DNA from: the human T2T-CHM13v2.0 reference genome, Homo sapiens
Length of the DNA: 64,000 nucleotides
Assembly (NCBI RefSeq): GCF_009914755.1
Contig: NC_060943.1
Direction: 5' to 3' (one strand)
Shown: positions 1 through 35,999 of the stretch, one piece after another
Layout of the letters: every line of letters starts with the position of its first letter
Numbering within the stretch: the stretch's first letter is position 1
Made by a program: the position numbers and the translations under genes
The notes under the pieces: generated by a model
What the model was told of the DNA's origin: nothing
The model's database searches: none
What the model saw: only the letters and a program-made list of their open reading frames with translations

Positions 1-105
1 CTTGTCTGTCTTGCTCTCGGCTGTATTCCCAGTGCTTGGGTCAGTCCTAGACACACAGTGAGTGCTCAGTGAATATGCAGGGAATGAATGAATGAATGAA
101 GGGCA
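1..105 (+). mobile_element. L2 LINE 3' end
   Basis: ctgtattcccagtgct...agtgctcagtgaatatgc followed by a (GAAT)n tail. Confidence 0.7.
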
Positions 106-473
106 GAAGGGTAGAAGCAGGTAGACAGACTGCCACAGAGAGGAGGTGTGATGCAGTTTTCCCAAAAGGAACGAGCGAGGGCTGTGATTGCCACAGAGTG
201 AGGTCCGACTTCAGGGCTGCCCACTGTGTGTGAATTTCTGGATGCTTCAGGGATCACATTGTTGATCACGGAGTTGATTTGCTCAGGCTCTAACTGTGCC
301 GTGGATCCCAGCTTCCCCCAGGTCTCATGGCCGGCAGTAGGTGCATCCACCCAGCTCCTTGTCCCCGCTGGACAGAGGAGCCAACAGAGGCTGCAGAGAG
401 AGGCTGGAGTGGCTGACAAGGGAGGGCCCTGAATGTGGCTGAGCTGGGAGGGTCTTGCCAAGGGCTGGCATGA

Positions 474-3501
<3,028 letters not shown>

Positions 3502-3556
3502 CTACCTCCCAAGGTTGTGCTGGGGATTTAATGACTACCTGTATAGAGAAGACTTG

Positions 3557-4020
3557 TGTATTAGTTAACTATTGCTGGGTAACACTTATCCTAAAATTTA
3601 GCAGCTTCAAACAATAAACATTTCTGATCTCTTATAGTTTCCAAGGGACAGGAATCCAAGAGTGGCTTAACTGGATTATTCCGGCTCAGGGTGTTCCATG
3701 TGGTTGTGGTCAGATGTCGGCCAGGACTGAAGTCACTTAATGGCTTGGCTGAGGCTGGGGAACTAACCTCCATGGTAGCTTACTCTCATAGCTGTTGGCA
3801 GGAGGCCTCATTTCTTTGCCACATAGACCTCTCCGTGGGATGGCTTGAGCATCCTCACAACATGGCAGCTGGCTTTCCTTAGAGCTAGTCTTGGAAGCCA
3901 CGCTCTGTCATTTCTGCAATATCCTGTTGGTTACACACGTCAGCCAGCTTGTTAGTAGGGACTACACAGGGCATGAATATCAGGGGGTAAGGATTATTGG
4001 GAGTTACCTTGGAGGCAGTT
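3557..4020 (-). mobile_element. MaLR solo LTR, MLT1-type (MLT1F-like)
   Basis: tgtattagtt...ctattgctg terminus and caacatggcagctggctttcc motif typical of MLT1; subfamily by eye. Confidence 0.7.
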
Positions 4021-4415
4021 TGATTTTGGGGATTTAATGTAGCTGCTTTTGATTTTATTGTCAGCACTGAGCCTTCTCGTGACATTCCTACCAGGTTTTA
4101 CTTGTTCTTTCTGCTTTTCTCCATGATCAATCTGCTATGGTCACACAGGGTGCCTTGTTTCTTCTCCAACAAGACCAAGTTGGAGACCCTGTCTTGCTCA
4201 GGGTGACAGTGTGAGATTCCAGCCTCCAAGCCTTTGCACCTGCTGTTTTTTTAATTTTTTTTTTTTGCCTGGAAATCTCTATTCCAGATCCACACAAATT
4301 CCTAGATGCCTCACCCACCCCAAACGCCTTCACTCTCATAACAACCTGTTTTATTTTCCTGGGAGTTCTTGAAACTTTCTGAAGGCTTTTTTTTTTTTTT
4401 TTTTTTTTTTTTTGA

Positions 4416-4556
<141 letters not shown>

Positions 4557-4692
4557 TAGTAGAGATGGGGTTTCACCATGTTGGCCAGGCTGATCTCAAA
4601 CTCCTGACCTCAAGTGATCCTCATAACTCAGCCTCCCAAAGTGTTGGGATTACAGGCAAGAGCCCCTGCTCCCGGCCATGGCATCTTTATTA

Positions 4693-4989
<297 letters not shown>

Positions 4990-5449
4990 TCAAAAAAAAA
5001 AAATTTTTTTTTCCTTGTTCGTTATTGGTTTCTCTAGGAACGGAACCAAGAAGTTCAATTCTATGAGAACAGAGAAGCTGCGGTCTTATTTCTTCCTATA
5101 TTCCTAGTTCCTAGAGCAGGGAAGGCATTCAAAAAATATTTACTGAATGAACAGTAGAATCTCAACTTAAAATAAACAGAATCTGTCCCCCTCCTCATGT
5201 GAGGGATGAGAAGGAAAGGACAGTGAGAGGAACGGAAGAGTGGGAGCTCACAATAAACACCATCCATTTTTAATTCTTTTTCTTATGTTTCAAATATTTA
5301 TTGGGGGTGCTGGGGACATGGCAGGAACCGAGATATTACCAGTCCCTGAACTCAGGTAACTGATAGAATTTGAGGGAGAGAGATAGATAAACAAACATAT
5401 AAATATGTCATTTAATACAAGCTGTGTCTTGAAGAAAAGGAGGTAGGGA

Positions 5450-5475
<26 letters not shown>
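5450..5475. repeat. (TG)n microsatellite
   Basis: Direct reading. Confidence 0.95.
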
Positions 5476-5480
<5 letters not shown>

Positions 5481-5737
5481 CCAGTTTAGGGGCGTAGGTT
5501 GCTTTCTCTGGGGAAAGTAGCTGAGCTGAGACGTGGAGGAGAAGGGGTTAGCTGGTGAGAGGGGCTTTGGGGTGGGGGAGAGGCGTTCCTAGCCCAGGAA
5601 ACGGCTTATGCAAATAGCTGTGGAGGGTGAGAGGTTTTCTGAGTCCATCCTAATGAGGGCAATGAGGAACCCTCAGAGGGTTTTCATGTTCTGTTTGCTT
5701 TTTTGAAGATTTTATTGTTGTTTTTGCTTTTGACAAG

Positions 5738-5738
<1 letters not shown>

Positions 5739-5781
<43 letters not shown>
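5739..5781. repeat. (AC)n microsatellite
   Basis: Direct reading. Confidence 0.95.
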
Positions 5782-5783
<2 letters not shown>

Positions 5784-5958
5784 TAAAAAGTAATCCAAAC
5801 TATAGAGACAAGATATGGCTTTAGCATTCCTTCCCAGAGGCAGTCACTGGTGCCAGTAGCTTGCTTCCTTCCTGGGAATTTTCTACGCATATACAAGTGT
5901 ATATTCTACACATGAGTAAAATCAATGCCTCATTTTGTTTATTAATTCATAATTATAA

Positions 5959-6174
<216 letters not shown>

Positions 6175-6189
6175 TGACTCTTTTTTTGA

Positions 6190-6348
<159 letters not shown>

Positions 6349-6978
6349 TAGTAGAGACAGGGTTTTGCCATGTTGGCCAGGCTGGTCTTGAACTCTTGAC
6401 CTCAGGTGATCCATCTGCCTTGGCCTCCCAAAGTGCTGGCATTACAGGCGTGAGCAACTGCACCTGGCCTATTTATTGTTATTATTGAGACAAGGTCTTC
6501 CTCTATTGCCTAGGCTGGTGTGCGGTGGCATGCTCATAGCTCACTGCAGTCTCCAAATCCTGGGCTCCAGTGATCCTCCTGCCTCAGCCTCCTGAGTAGC
6601 TGAGACTACAGGTGCGGACCACCATGCCTGACCAATTTTTGTATTTTTTTTTTTTTGTGGAGACAGTGTTTTGCCATGTTACCCAGGCTGGTCTCGAACT
6701 CCTGGGCTCAAGCAATCTGCCCACCTTGACCTCCCAAAGTGCTGAGATTATAGGTGTGAGACACAGCACCTGGCCATCTGCATTGTTTTAAAAATCACAA
6801 ATGGTTGCGAGGTATACATACTGTCCAGCACCATACTTGTTTCCTTTGAATATATAAATATTATAATTTTATAATATTTATAATATATAATAACACAAAT
6901 AATAATAAATATATATGGTTTGGTCATATACAATATATAAAATAACATTCACAAACACTTATTGTCAAAGTGCAATTA

Positions 6979-7206
<228 letters not shown>

Positions 7207-7426
7207 TCAAAGATTTATTTAAGTCATGAATGAAGGAACCAGCTGTTTCAAAGGAGAATTTGGGCCGGGTGCAGTGGCTCACGCCTGTAATCCCAGCACT
7301 TTGGGAGGCTGAGGTGGGTGGATCACGAGGTCAAGAGATTGAGACCATCCTGGCCAACATGGTGAAACCCCGACTCTACTAAAAATACAAAAATTAGCTG
7401 GGCGTGGTGGCGGGTGCCTGAGGTCA

Positions 7427-7733
<307 letters not shown>

Positions 7734-7852
7734 TTAAAGACCTACAGGACAATACAACTGTAACCTTTGAGGTTACCTTTTCTACCAGAGAGAAATCATT
7801 TGCAACCAAACTTCCTGGGGTTACCATTTACCTTGTCGAAGTCTAGACTCTA

Positions 7853-8473
<621 letters not shown>

Positions 8474-8528
8474 CCTTGGAATATGAAGCAAACTTTGGGT
8501 GGGTCTGTTAGACAAGACTCCCAGATGA

Positions 8529-8907
<379 letters not shown>

Positions 8908-8910
8908 TAA

Positions 8911-9288
<378 letters not shown>

Positions 9289-9380
9289 TAGATACAGGAG
9301 AGTTTCGCTATGTTGCCACCTGAACATAAATGCTATTTTCTTTTTCTTTTCTTTTCTTTTTTTTGAGACGGAGTCCGTAG

Positions 9381-9680
<300 letters not shown>

Positions 9681-10092
9681 TGAGGTATACATTGAAGGTG
9701 AATTACTAGGACAAAAGAAAGATGGCATTTTACTTCAATAACAGTTTGTTACAACCTGTACTGCTACCTATCTGCCATGGGAGTGCGCCTTTCCCCACAC
9801 TGACACCAGTGCTGGAAGTTATCAACCTCCTTCATCTTTGCCAACCTGATAGGTCAAAAGTGATCATGGAAGATCCACACTCGCTTTTTTTTTTTTTTTT
9901 TTTGAGATAGGGGTCTCACTATTTCTTTTTCTTTTTTCAGAGATGGGGGGTCTCACTATTTCTTTTTCTTTTTTTCAGAGATGGGGGTCTCACTATGTTG
10001 CCTAAGCTGGTTTTGAACTTCTGGGCTCAAGTGATTCTCCTGCCTTGACCTCCCAAAGTGCTGGGATTACAGGTGTGAGCCGCCTTGCTTAG

Positions 10093-10452
<360 letters not shown>

Positions 10453-10468
10453 TAATGCCACTCTCCCT

Positions 10469-10590
10469 TAGGGTGACCAACCAATCCAGTTTGCCTGGGA
10501 CCATTCTGGCTCTAGCACTGAAAGTCCTATGTTCCAAGAAACACCCACCTCTCCTCCATCCTGGGCAAAGAGGGACGGTTGGTCAACCTG
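10469..10590. mobile_element. MER81-like hAT MITE
   Basis: Terminal inverted repeats TAGGGTGACCAACC ... GGTTGGTCAACCTG around a tagcactgaaagtcc core, ~120 bp. Confidence 0.75.
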
Positions 10591-10699
10591 CAGTCCTGGG
10601 TTATAAGTGAGGCTGAGCGTGTTTGCCCATGGTCACAGAAAGAAGGGATCTTGGATGAGGGTGTGTAACAGGATCAGATTTGTTTTGTTTTTTTCTTAG

Positions 10700-10846
<147 letters not shown>

Positions 10847-11236
10847 TAAAGAACACTTTTTTTTTTTTTTTAAGAGACAGGGTCTTGCTATGTTGCTCAG
10901 GCTGGTCTCAAACTCCTGGGCTCAAGTGATCCTCCCGCCTTGGCCTCCCAAAGTGCTGGGATGACAGATGTGAGCCATTGTGCCTAGCCAGGACGAGATT
11001 TTTAGAGGGTAGAGTAGGAATAAGAGCTTGCACTTATGAGGCACATGATGGCTTCAGCTGTCTGCTTTGCAGAGTCTCAAGAAAGCTCTGAGAACCTTAA
11101 GCAGAGGCCATTTTACATGTGAGGACACAGAGGTACAGAGAGGTGAGATAAATGGCCAAGGTCACATACCTAAGAGGAGAAGGAGGCAGGATTTGAATCG
11201 CAGCCTGCACGTCACCCCATGGTGAGTAACTGGTAA

Positions 11237-11536
<300 letters not shown>

Positions 11537-11821
11537 TGAAATGTATGTCACTTAGAAAAACATTAGCAGTCCTAGAAATTCAGGACAGAGGTTCCTTTTG
11601 GGGTGAGGAAGAGGGGATGTAATCTGGAAGGGGAATCAAGAGGAATTTTCATCTGTTACCAAAACTTTATTATTTATTTATTTTTCAGAGACAAGGTCTC
11701 ACACTCTGTCACCCAGGCTGGAGTGCAGTGGTGGTGGTCACGGCTCACTGCAGCCTCGAACTCCTGGGCTCAAGCAATCCTCCCACCTCAGCCTCCTGAG
11801 TAGCTGGGACTGCAGGTGTGA

Positions 11822-12430
<609 letters not shown>

Positions 12431-12460
12431 TAAGAGAAGTGAGTACTCAGTTATTTGTAG

Positions 12461-12695
<235 letters not shown>

Positions 12696-13071
12696 TAGTC
12701 TCAATTTCTTGACCTTGTGATCTGCCTGCCTCAGCCTCCCAAAGTGCTGGGATTATAGGCGTGAGCCACCGCACCCAGCCCAGACTTGCTACTTTTATAG
12801 GCTAGAAACGGTTGAATGTCAGCAATGTCATGCTTCAACTGATTATGTCTTAGTGCATAAGAAAGTTTAGAAGAGGGAAAAACGACTCGCACACCTCCTT
12901 GTCGAGCTAAAGCCTTGGGGTCAGGCATGAGCCACAGAGTGCCAGGCACACAGTGAGGTGTAGAAGGGCAGGGAATGTGTATTCCATCCTTAGTTTAGGC
13001 AGATGGCAACCAGGATGGAATTCTTGGCATCCCACCCAGCCTCAGGGCCTCACACCAGCCCATGTGGATGA

Positions 13072-16035
<2,964 letters not shown>

Positions 16036-16065
16036 ATAGACGCCCCACAGCTGGATGCAAAGTAG

Positions 16066-16827
<762 letters not shown>

Positions 16828-17178
16828 AGGACGCAGTCTCCATCTCTCTCCATCGGGCCTCGGGACCCTTTCTCTTCTGAATCTGCTTCCCTGCAGTTTA
16901 GATCCCGGGATGGCATTCCTGAGAAAGCAACCCGAACCAGCTGTCCTTCTGACAGCTCGGTGTTCAGCTTACAGAGACCACCCCTTTCCTCCACAGGGAG
17001 AGGCTCCTCCCTCTCCTGGGACAGCTCACAGGTCCTAGTGATTCTCTCAACCCTAACACCGTCTGGCACGATTGTGACCGCTGAAGTACACCACGAGCTC
17101 CAGGCTTCAGAAAGTGGTGCTGAGAACTTGCTCCAAGAAGTCAAACCAAACTTGCAGTTGATTTGGGGTCATGTTTAG

Positions 17179-17875
<697 letters not shown>

Positions 17876-17981
17876 TACACGTGGACACTTCTTTAGCATA
17901 TGGTTAGGGACCTTTCTAGAAATTCCAAAGACAGACTTTAAGAAGCCCCGTCGGGAAACCTTAGGCCAATGATGTGGTTAC

Positions 17982-17993
17982 ATTAAAAATAAA
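17982..17993 (+). terminator. CRX: Candidate proximal CRX polyadenylation signals (ATTAAA 17982-17987 and AATAAA 17988-17993)
   Basis: Adjacent hexamers in unique 3'UTR sequence; a further AATAAA at 18352-18357. Confidence 0.5.
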
Positions 17994-18741
17994 TTATCTG
18001 GGAATTTCACAGACTTCACAAATGTCAGGCTTACATGGTAGGTTTAGGGGACCGTTTGAGAGACAAAGATCTACATTCATATATGTAGCTATACATATAT
18101 GTACTTTTTCTTCTTAGTTTCTTTTTAAAGACATTTTATCACTCATTCGCTCATTAGCACATTGGGAATGTGTATATTTGGTAGGGAAATGAAAGGCACC
18201 TTGCCTGTTCCATCTCTACTCCTTTTTTCTTTTGTTTTAGGATTTTCTAAAGGTGAGACACTGGTGGAACTGGGGTAGCTGCATGGGACGTACCACCTAT
18301 AGTTGTGGCTATTTCACAGAGAAGCAGCAGCTAGACAGACTCCCATCTGTAAATAAACAAGAGATAGGAAGAGGGGGAAATAGATTTGGAGGAGGCAGCC
18401 CTACATTTCAAACATACATTCCCTTTTTTAGATTTTTTTTTTTTTTTTTTTGGTTTTCAGTTTTGATGGTGGGATTGGAAAATAGAGCTTGGCTTGAGGA
18501 CATTTTCCTGGGGTGGCACCATTATTTCTTGAAATAGAATCTTACTTATGGTGACACTGGCAAGCACTTGTGAGAACCTGAAGACGGATTGAGGTCATTT
18601 GATGCTCAGAAGTTGGGTGCTGGGTCCCTGCCTTCTCAGTCCGAGTTCTCCTTTCATTTTTGGGTGGGGAGGCGGGTTCCAAGAGCCCTTCATTGGTGGA
18701 GTTCACAAGGCAAGGTGTAAAAAAAAAGTAGGGCAGGAAGA

Positions 18742-18935
18742 CAGTGGTGTGCTGGCAGAGGTCTAACAATGGGCTCTCCAAGGAAGAGGAAAAGGTTGGT
18801 TGTGGAGTGTTTGTCAGTTTCCGTGGTGTAAATACTCCCACCACGGCTGACTTCAAGCTAGCAACCGGAGGTCACTGAACTAAGAGTTGGGAAGAGATAG
18901 GGCACAATATATGCTTACGAGTTGGTACACACTGT
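18742..18935. mobile_element. MER63-like hAT DNA transposon in the CRX 3'UTR
   Basis: cagtggtgtgctgg terminus and tttccgtggtgtaaatactcccacc...gagttgggaagagat core. Confidence 0.7.
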
Positions 18936-19158
18936 CAGCAGCAGCCAGGGTCAGGAGAAAGGCGAGATGTGAAGAGAGGCCGGGAGGTATCAGATGACGT
19001 TTCCAGCACCAGACCAGAAGAGGTGCACACAGCCTAGACCCCCTGAGGGGTACACCCTGATCTCTAGAGCCCACAAAGAGGTTTTTATTCAACATAAAAC
19101 GTGTTCATCTCTCATAGGCCTGAGTCATGCTGGGTTCTGGGACATTAAGCCCAGGAGT

Positions 19159-19477
<319 letters not shown>

Positions 19478-20165
19478 TCAAGAGTCCAGTGTGGGATGAA
19501 AATATAAACAGAGGAAGACAACATATGTCATTGGGGAGGCTGGTGGAGCTAGACAAAATTCACACGGGAGGGGCAGGGATGAGACAATATTGTGCCCTGG
19601 GTCTGTGCAAACGTTGGGACCAGAATCCACTATAAGTTTCATTCTTCGGAGACACGGAAGCTCTGCACTGGAGGCCGGGACTCAGGCGTGGAAGAGAATC
19701 TTCTCCTTATTCACCGGGGAGGCTGTGTCTTGTGCAAACAAGTCATAGAAACTTGATGGGAGTCGGGGAGGGACTGAAGGATGCATGCAAGGTTCTGGGA
19801 AGGAGTGAGAAGTAGTGAAGGCCAAGGGGCCCCCATCACAGGCTGATGGGGTAAGACTTCGAGAGAGCCTGATCCTGGGGTCTTCTGAGACTCCACCAGG
19901 AGCCGGAGAGGGCAGGGAGCCAAATCCAGCTAGGAGGTTACAGATTGCTTTTCCTGGGCTGGGCTCCTGAGTGTTGGTTCTTCCAGCTGTGCACAGGGGA
20001 TTTCAAACGTTCTACGTCCTAAAGCCAGGAAGAGTGACAAGGCAGGTGGGGACAGAAGGAAGAAGCCAGGAGCCTCCCTGAGAAGGTGTCACCTTATCTG
20101 TCCTCTTCTTCCCCACACACTGGCCTCCGGGTCCCCCTTCTCTGTCCACCCACAGAGTGAAACCA

Positions 20166-20171
20166 ATTAAA
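20166..20171 (+). terminator. CRX: Distal CRX polyadenylation signal ATTAAA
   Basis: ATTAAA followed ~20 nt later by a GU/U-rich element (gtctgggtgattctttagtttccgtgtttt). Confidence 0.7.
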
Positions 20172-20355
20172 ATGTTGGATCTCATTTAAAGTCTGGGTGA
20201 TTCTTTAGTTTCCGTGTTTTCTCCAGGAGGGGCAGGTAGAAACAGGAACTACTCTGTTCCTTCTGTCTGTGGGGCCTGGGTCCCTCCATGTGTTTCCTGT
20301 CTCATCACCCTCCTTTCCTTGACATCTCTCTAAAGCCAATTTATGAAGGATCAGG

Positions 20356-25560
<5,205 letters not shown>

Positions 25561-26487
25561 TCGTGTTCTCTTCTCTCTTGTTTTCCCCTTCCTAGGTCTC
25601 AACGGTGAGTGATTCTCTCCCCTCGTTCCCTCTCTCCGTCTCTTCCCTCACCCCCGTATGTCTCTGTCCCTCCTGGTCTCCAAACACCCTCCCTTCCCCC
25701 AGCTGTTTCCTCTGCCCCTGACCAGGACTAATTTAGCAAATGCTCCAATCCTCTTATGGCAACAGCCCAGCCTCAGCAGAATGGCAGGGGAATTAGCGAG
25801 GATTAGGTTCAGACGCATGACCCGTGGGGGAGGGGACTTTGGGGAGTTTTAACGAAACGATGCCCCCTCCTCCTCCCCTCCTATCCCCTCCATGGAAAAG
25901 CACTCGTGCCTGGGGCACACAATGATGATAAAATCACGGCTAAACCCTTCACGGTGCGCCTCCTATGTGCCAGGCACTGTTAAGCCCCTTCACTCATTGA
26001 AACGTCGGTGCAGCTCCCTGAGGGAGGGGCCGTGCCCCTCCCTGGATTTAAGGATCAGGAGAGGTTAATTAACTTTCCTGAGGCAAATGGGATCCAATCT
26101 CAGCCTTCTTGGTGCTTCTCAGGTTAAAGATGAAAAAACACTGGAGGGAAGTAAACTGAATGGGCCTGGGGGTCACACCGCAAGGGGGCGCAGCTTCTGT
26201 TTGGGTAACTTCGGGACGATTTTTTATTTATTTATTTTTTTTGAGACGGAGTCTTGCTCTGTAATGGCGAAATCCTGCAACTTCCGCCTCCCGGGTTAAA
26301 GCGATTCTCTTGCCTCAGCCTACCGAGTAGCTGGGATTACAGGTGTCTGCCACCACGCCCGGCTAATTTTTGTATTTTTTAGTAGAGACGGGGTTTTGCC
26401 ATGTTGGCCACGCTGATCTCGAACTCTTGACCTCAGGTGATCCACCCGCCTTGGCCTCCCAAAGTTTTAGCCTCCGTAAAGTGTGGA

Positions 26488-26614
<127 letters not shown>

Positions 26615-27223
26615 AAATGCATTTCAGAGGAGAAACGGAAAGCAGGGTGGAGGAAGAGATTAGGTGGGAACAGAACAGACAAAACAGACGCCAGGAGGAG
26701 CTGAAGGACGTTATCCACCGGCCACATTCATACCTCACTGTGCAATTTGCAATACAAAGGACACCATGGGAATCCAGCTCCTGACATGCACCTGGGGCGC
26801 TGGGAAAGACAATGACTGTGAGGGAGGGATAATTAAGGACAGAGTGAGGGGACGGGTGGGCACGGAGGCCGACACCTGTCATCTCAGCACTTTGGGAGGC
26901 CAGGCAGGAGGATCGCTTGAGGCCAGGAGTCTGAAGCTGCAGTGAGTCATGATCGCGCCACTGCCCTCCAGCCTGTGCGACAGAGCGAGATCCTGCATCT
27001 AAAAAAATAACAAAAAACCTCACTGTCAACAGAGTAAAGAGGCAAGTCACAGAATAGGAGAAAACATTTGGAAATCACACATTTTTTAAGGGATTGATAA
27101 TCAGAATATACCCACTCCTAAAACTCAACAGTAAAAAAAACAAAAAACCCTGATTTAAAAATGGGCAAAGGACTTGAACTGACAGTGCTCCGAGAAGATA
27201 TATAAATGGTGAATAAACACTCA

Positions 27224-27664
<441 letters not shown>

Positions 27665-28109
27665 TCAGCGTTATCTATAAAATTTGAACAAATGGCTTCT
27701 CTGTGACCCCAAAATTCTACTTCTAGTATTGTACTAACAGAAATGCATACATGGCTGGGTGCGGTGGCTCACGCCTGTAATCCCAACACTTTGGGAGGCT
27801 GAGGAGAGTGGATTGCTTGAGTCCAGGAGTTTGAGACCAACCTGAGCGACATAGGGAGAGCTTATCTCAAAAAAAAGAGAGAGAGAGAGAAAGGGAGGGA
27901 GGGAAGGAAGGAAGGAAGGACACACCTGTGTAATCACTACCCAGAGTGAGAAACAGAATATTCCCAGCAACACCAAGCTGTATGAGCCGTGACTGCACCA
28001 CTACACTTGGTTTGTGAAGTTTCCTCAACCAATGTTTTACTTCAGTGCCCCTATAGGTGGGCCAGAAAGGAGACATTTTCCAGAGAAAACCTGAGGCCCA
28101 GAGCAGTAG

Positions 28110-28397
<288 letters not shown>

Positions 28398-28400
28398 TAG

Positions 28401-28988
<588 letters not shown>

Positions 28989-29416
28989 TGATCTGCCCTC
29001 CTCGGCCTCCCAAAGTGCTGGTATCACAGGCGTGAGCCACTGCACCCGGCTCAGTTTCTACACTTTCTTATCTCTTTACTTTGTTCCTCAAGCATGGTTC
29101 AAGAAACTTCTGTGCTTTCTATTTTTATTTTTTTAATTTTTTGAGACAGGTTCTTGCTGAGTTGCCCTGGCTGGAGTGCAGTGATGCCACCACAGCTTAC
29201 TGCAGCCTTGACCTCCCACACTCAAATGGTCCTCCCACCTCAGCCTCCCGAGTAGCTGGGACTATAGGCATGCACCACCACGCCCGGCTAATTTTTGTGT
29301 TTCTGGTAGAGATGGGGTCTCACTTTGTTGCCCAGGCTGGTCTCAAACTCCTGGGCTCAAGCGATCCCCACAACCCCCTGCCTCAGCCTCCCAAAGTGCT
29401 GGGATTACAGGTGTGA

Positions 29417-30066
<650 letters not shown>

Positions 30067-30144
30067 TAAACAAGGCAAGCTCTGAGACAGAGGCCAGGTG
30101 TGGGGCTGAGGTGGATAGAGAGGCTTGCCGCTGAGCTGACCATA

Positions 30145-30295
30145 GCCACTCTCAAAGTGTGGTTCCTGCTGCTTCTCAGTGGCGTCAGCATCACCTGCTA
30201 ATCAGAAACTGAAATTCTAGGGGTGAGACCCAGGGATCTGGGTTTTAAGGAGCTCTTCAGGGGATTCTAATGCCAACTAGACCTTGAAAATTGCT
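30145..30295. mobile_element. MER5-like hAT-Charlie DNA transposon
   Basis: ctcaaagtgtggttcc...cagcatcacctg...gaaattctaggggtg...gattctaatgc. Confidence 0.65.
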
Positions 30296-30301
30296 GGCTT
30301 A

Positions 30302-30695
<394 letters not shown>

Positions 30696-31084
30696 TCAGT
30701 ATCTCTTGCAGGGAGGAGGTGAGGTGAGGCAGGGCCACTAGTGACATTGCCCTGGGGACAAACTTGCAGGGACTGGGGAGGATTCTCCAAACCAGGGGAG
30801 CCAGGGGAGGGATTAGGGAGAGTTCTCTGTTCCAGGTCCCCTCCTGAGCAGATGTCATGATAAGAGATGCCTGAATCCACCCAGGCCCATTGTATAGGTG
30901 GGGAAACTGATCCTGGAGGGAGGAAGGCTTTTGCCCAAGGTCAGACAGCTGATAATGATGAGGACCTCCAGGGCTTCCCAGCTGCTCTGAGACACTGTGC
31001 CCAGAATGTTCAGTACAAGGGAGTTGGTGAAATATCAGAAAGAGAAAAGCAGCCCCCAATGGCCAGGGGCTGGCCTTGCACTCA

Positions 31085-31442
<358 letters not shown>

Positions 31443-31489
31443 TTATTAAAAAGAGAGGATTTCATAAAACACAATGCATGGTGCAAGAA

Positions 31490-33102
<1,613 letters not shown>

Positions 33103-33337
33103 GGTTTCACCAAGTCAGTCTTAAAAACCAACCACCTGGGCATGGTGGTTCACACTTACAATCCCAGCAATTTGGGAGGTTGAGGCAGGAGGATCGCCTG
33201 AGCCTGGGAGCTGGAGATCAGGCTGGGCAACAGAGCAAAACCCTGTCTCTACAAAAAATAAAAGAAATTAGCCGGGCATGGTGGTGGGTGCCTGTAGTCC
33301 CAGCAACTTGGGAGGCTGAGGTGGGAGGATTGCTTGA

Positions 33338-33802
<465 letters not shown>

Positions 33803-34021
33803 TGATCCGCCCGCCTCAGCCTCCCAAAGTGCTGGGATTACAATCACGAGCCACCACGCCTGGCCTCAAATATGCAAAGTTTTACATTTAATTTATTTTA
33901 GAAATTATAGAGAGGGGGACCATCTACTCACATCTTATAGACCAAGAAAACTGTGAGATCATTCCTGTTGACAGCAGGGCCATCATCTGCTTTGGTGAAT
34001 AATGTGTTCCCAGCCACCTAA

Positions 34022-34898
<877 letters not shown>

Positions 34899-35999
34899 TA
34901 AATAGCCACGGTGCAAAATCTCTGTGGTCACTACTGTGTTCCCAGCATGTCCTGTAGATGAAGCCGGACAATGTGTGCAATGAGGAATCATTGCTGGGGA
35001 TGCTGCTTTCTACAATAGAACTCTAAGTAGCAGGTGAAAACAATGAGCGAGGCCCGTGGTAACAATGTCTACGTTTTATTGAATTTTGAAATTGGTTGCA
35101 TGAGTCATTTCTTTTTCTTTTTTTTTGGGAGGGGGCCGGAGTCTCCCTCTGTCACCCAGGCTGCACTGCAACCTCTGCCTCTCAGGTTCAAGTGATTCTC
35201 TTGTCTCAACCTCCCAAGTAGCTGGGATTACAGGTGCCTGCCACCAGGCCCGGCTATTCTTTTTGTAGTTTTAGTAGAGACGGCGTTCTGCCATGTTAGC
35301 CAGGCTGGTCTCAAACTCCTGACCTCAGGCGATCTGCCCGCCTCGGCCTCCCAAAGTGCTAGGATTACAGGCGTGAGTCACCGCGCCCAGCCTTGCATGA
35401 GTCATTTTTAGCTCCCTGGATCATGAGCCTTGTCAATCTCCTTGACCCCTGAACCCATGTGGGTCCTGCTATGAGGAGATGAGGGCAGCCAGGGGTCTGA
35501 CACAGCAGATGCATCTCTGAGGGACCTGACTTGTGTGAACCAAGGTAATGGGTCCCCTGCATACATCAGTAGCAGTCCATGGAAATGTCCATCAGACCTG
35601 TGTCCCCTCCTGGTTGGGGGAGCAGGAAACTTCAAGAATGACTAGTAGGGGCCAGAGTGGCCTCAAAGGACCAAAGAGGAGGCTGTGGGGTCATCCAGGA
35701 GAGAGGGATGGTGACTGGACAAGGCGGGCAGCCCGGGAGCCGGGAGGAGTGGGTAGACTCGCTGGCATTGATCATGTGGGGCCCCAGCCCTGGGAAGGAA
35801 TAAGGATGACTCCTGGGGGCTGGCTGGCGGTGCCTCTCCTGAGATGGGGACCCCAACCACAGGTCATGATGTTGACTCCCCCGATCCCATGTGGAATACC
35901 ACCTCGCCTGGGCTAGGGCCCATGAGGGTGAAACCAAGGCTGTGTTGTCCACTGAGGTTCCCCAGCTCCTAGCACAGCTCGGCAGGCAGTACCTGATCA

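Noticed and set aside
26676-26730. Possible extension of the duplicated element (cagac..ccagga..tgaa..ttatc..ccg) vs 40697-40742
   Set aside because: Similarity is too weak to distinguish from chance without an alignment statistic
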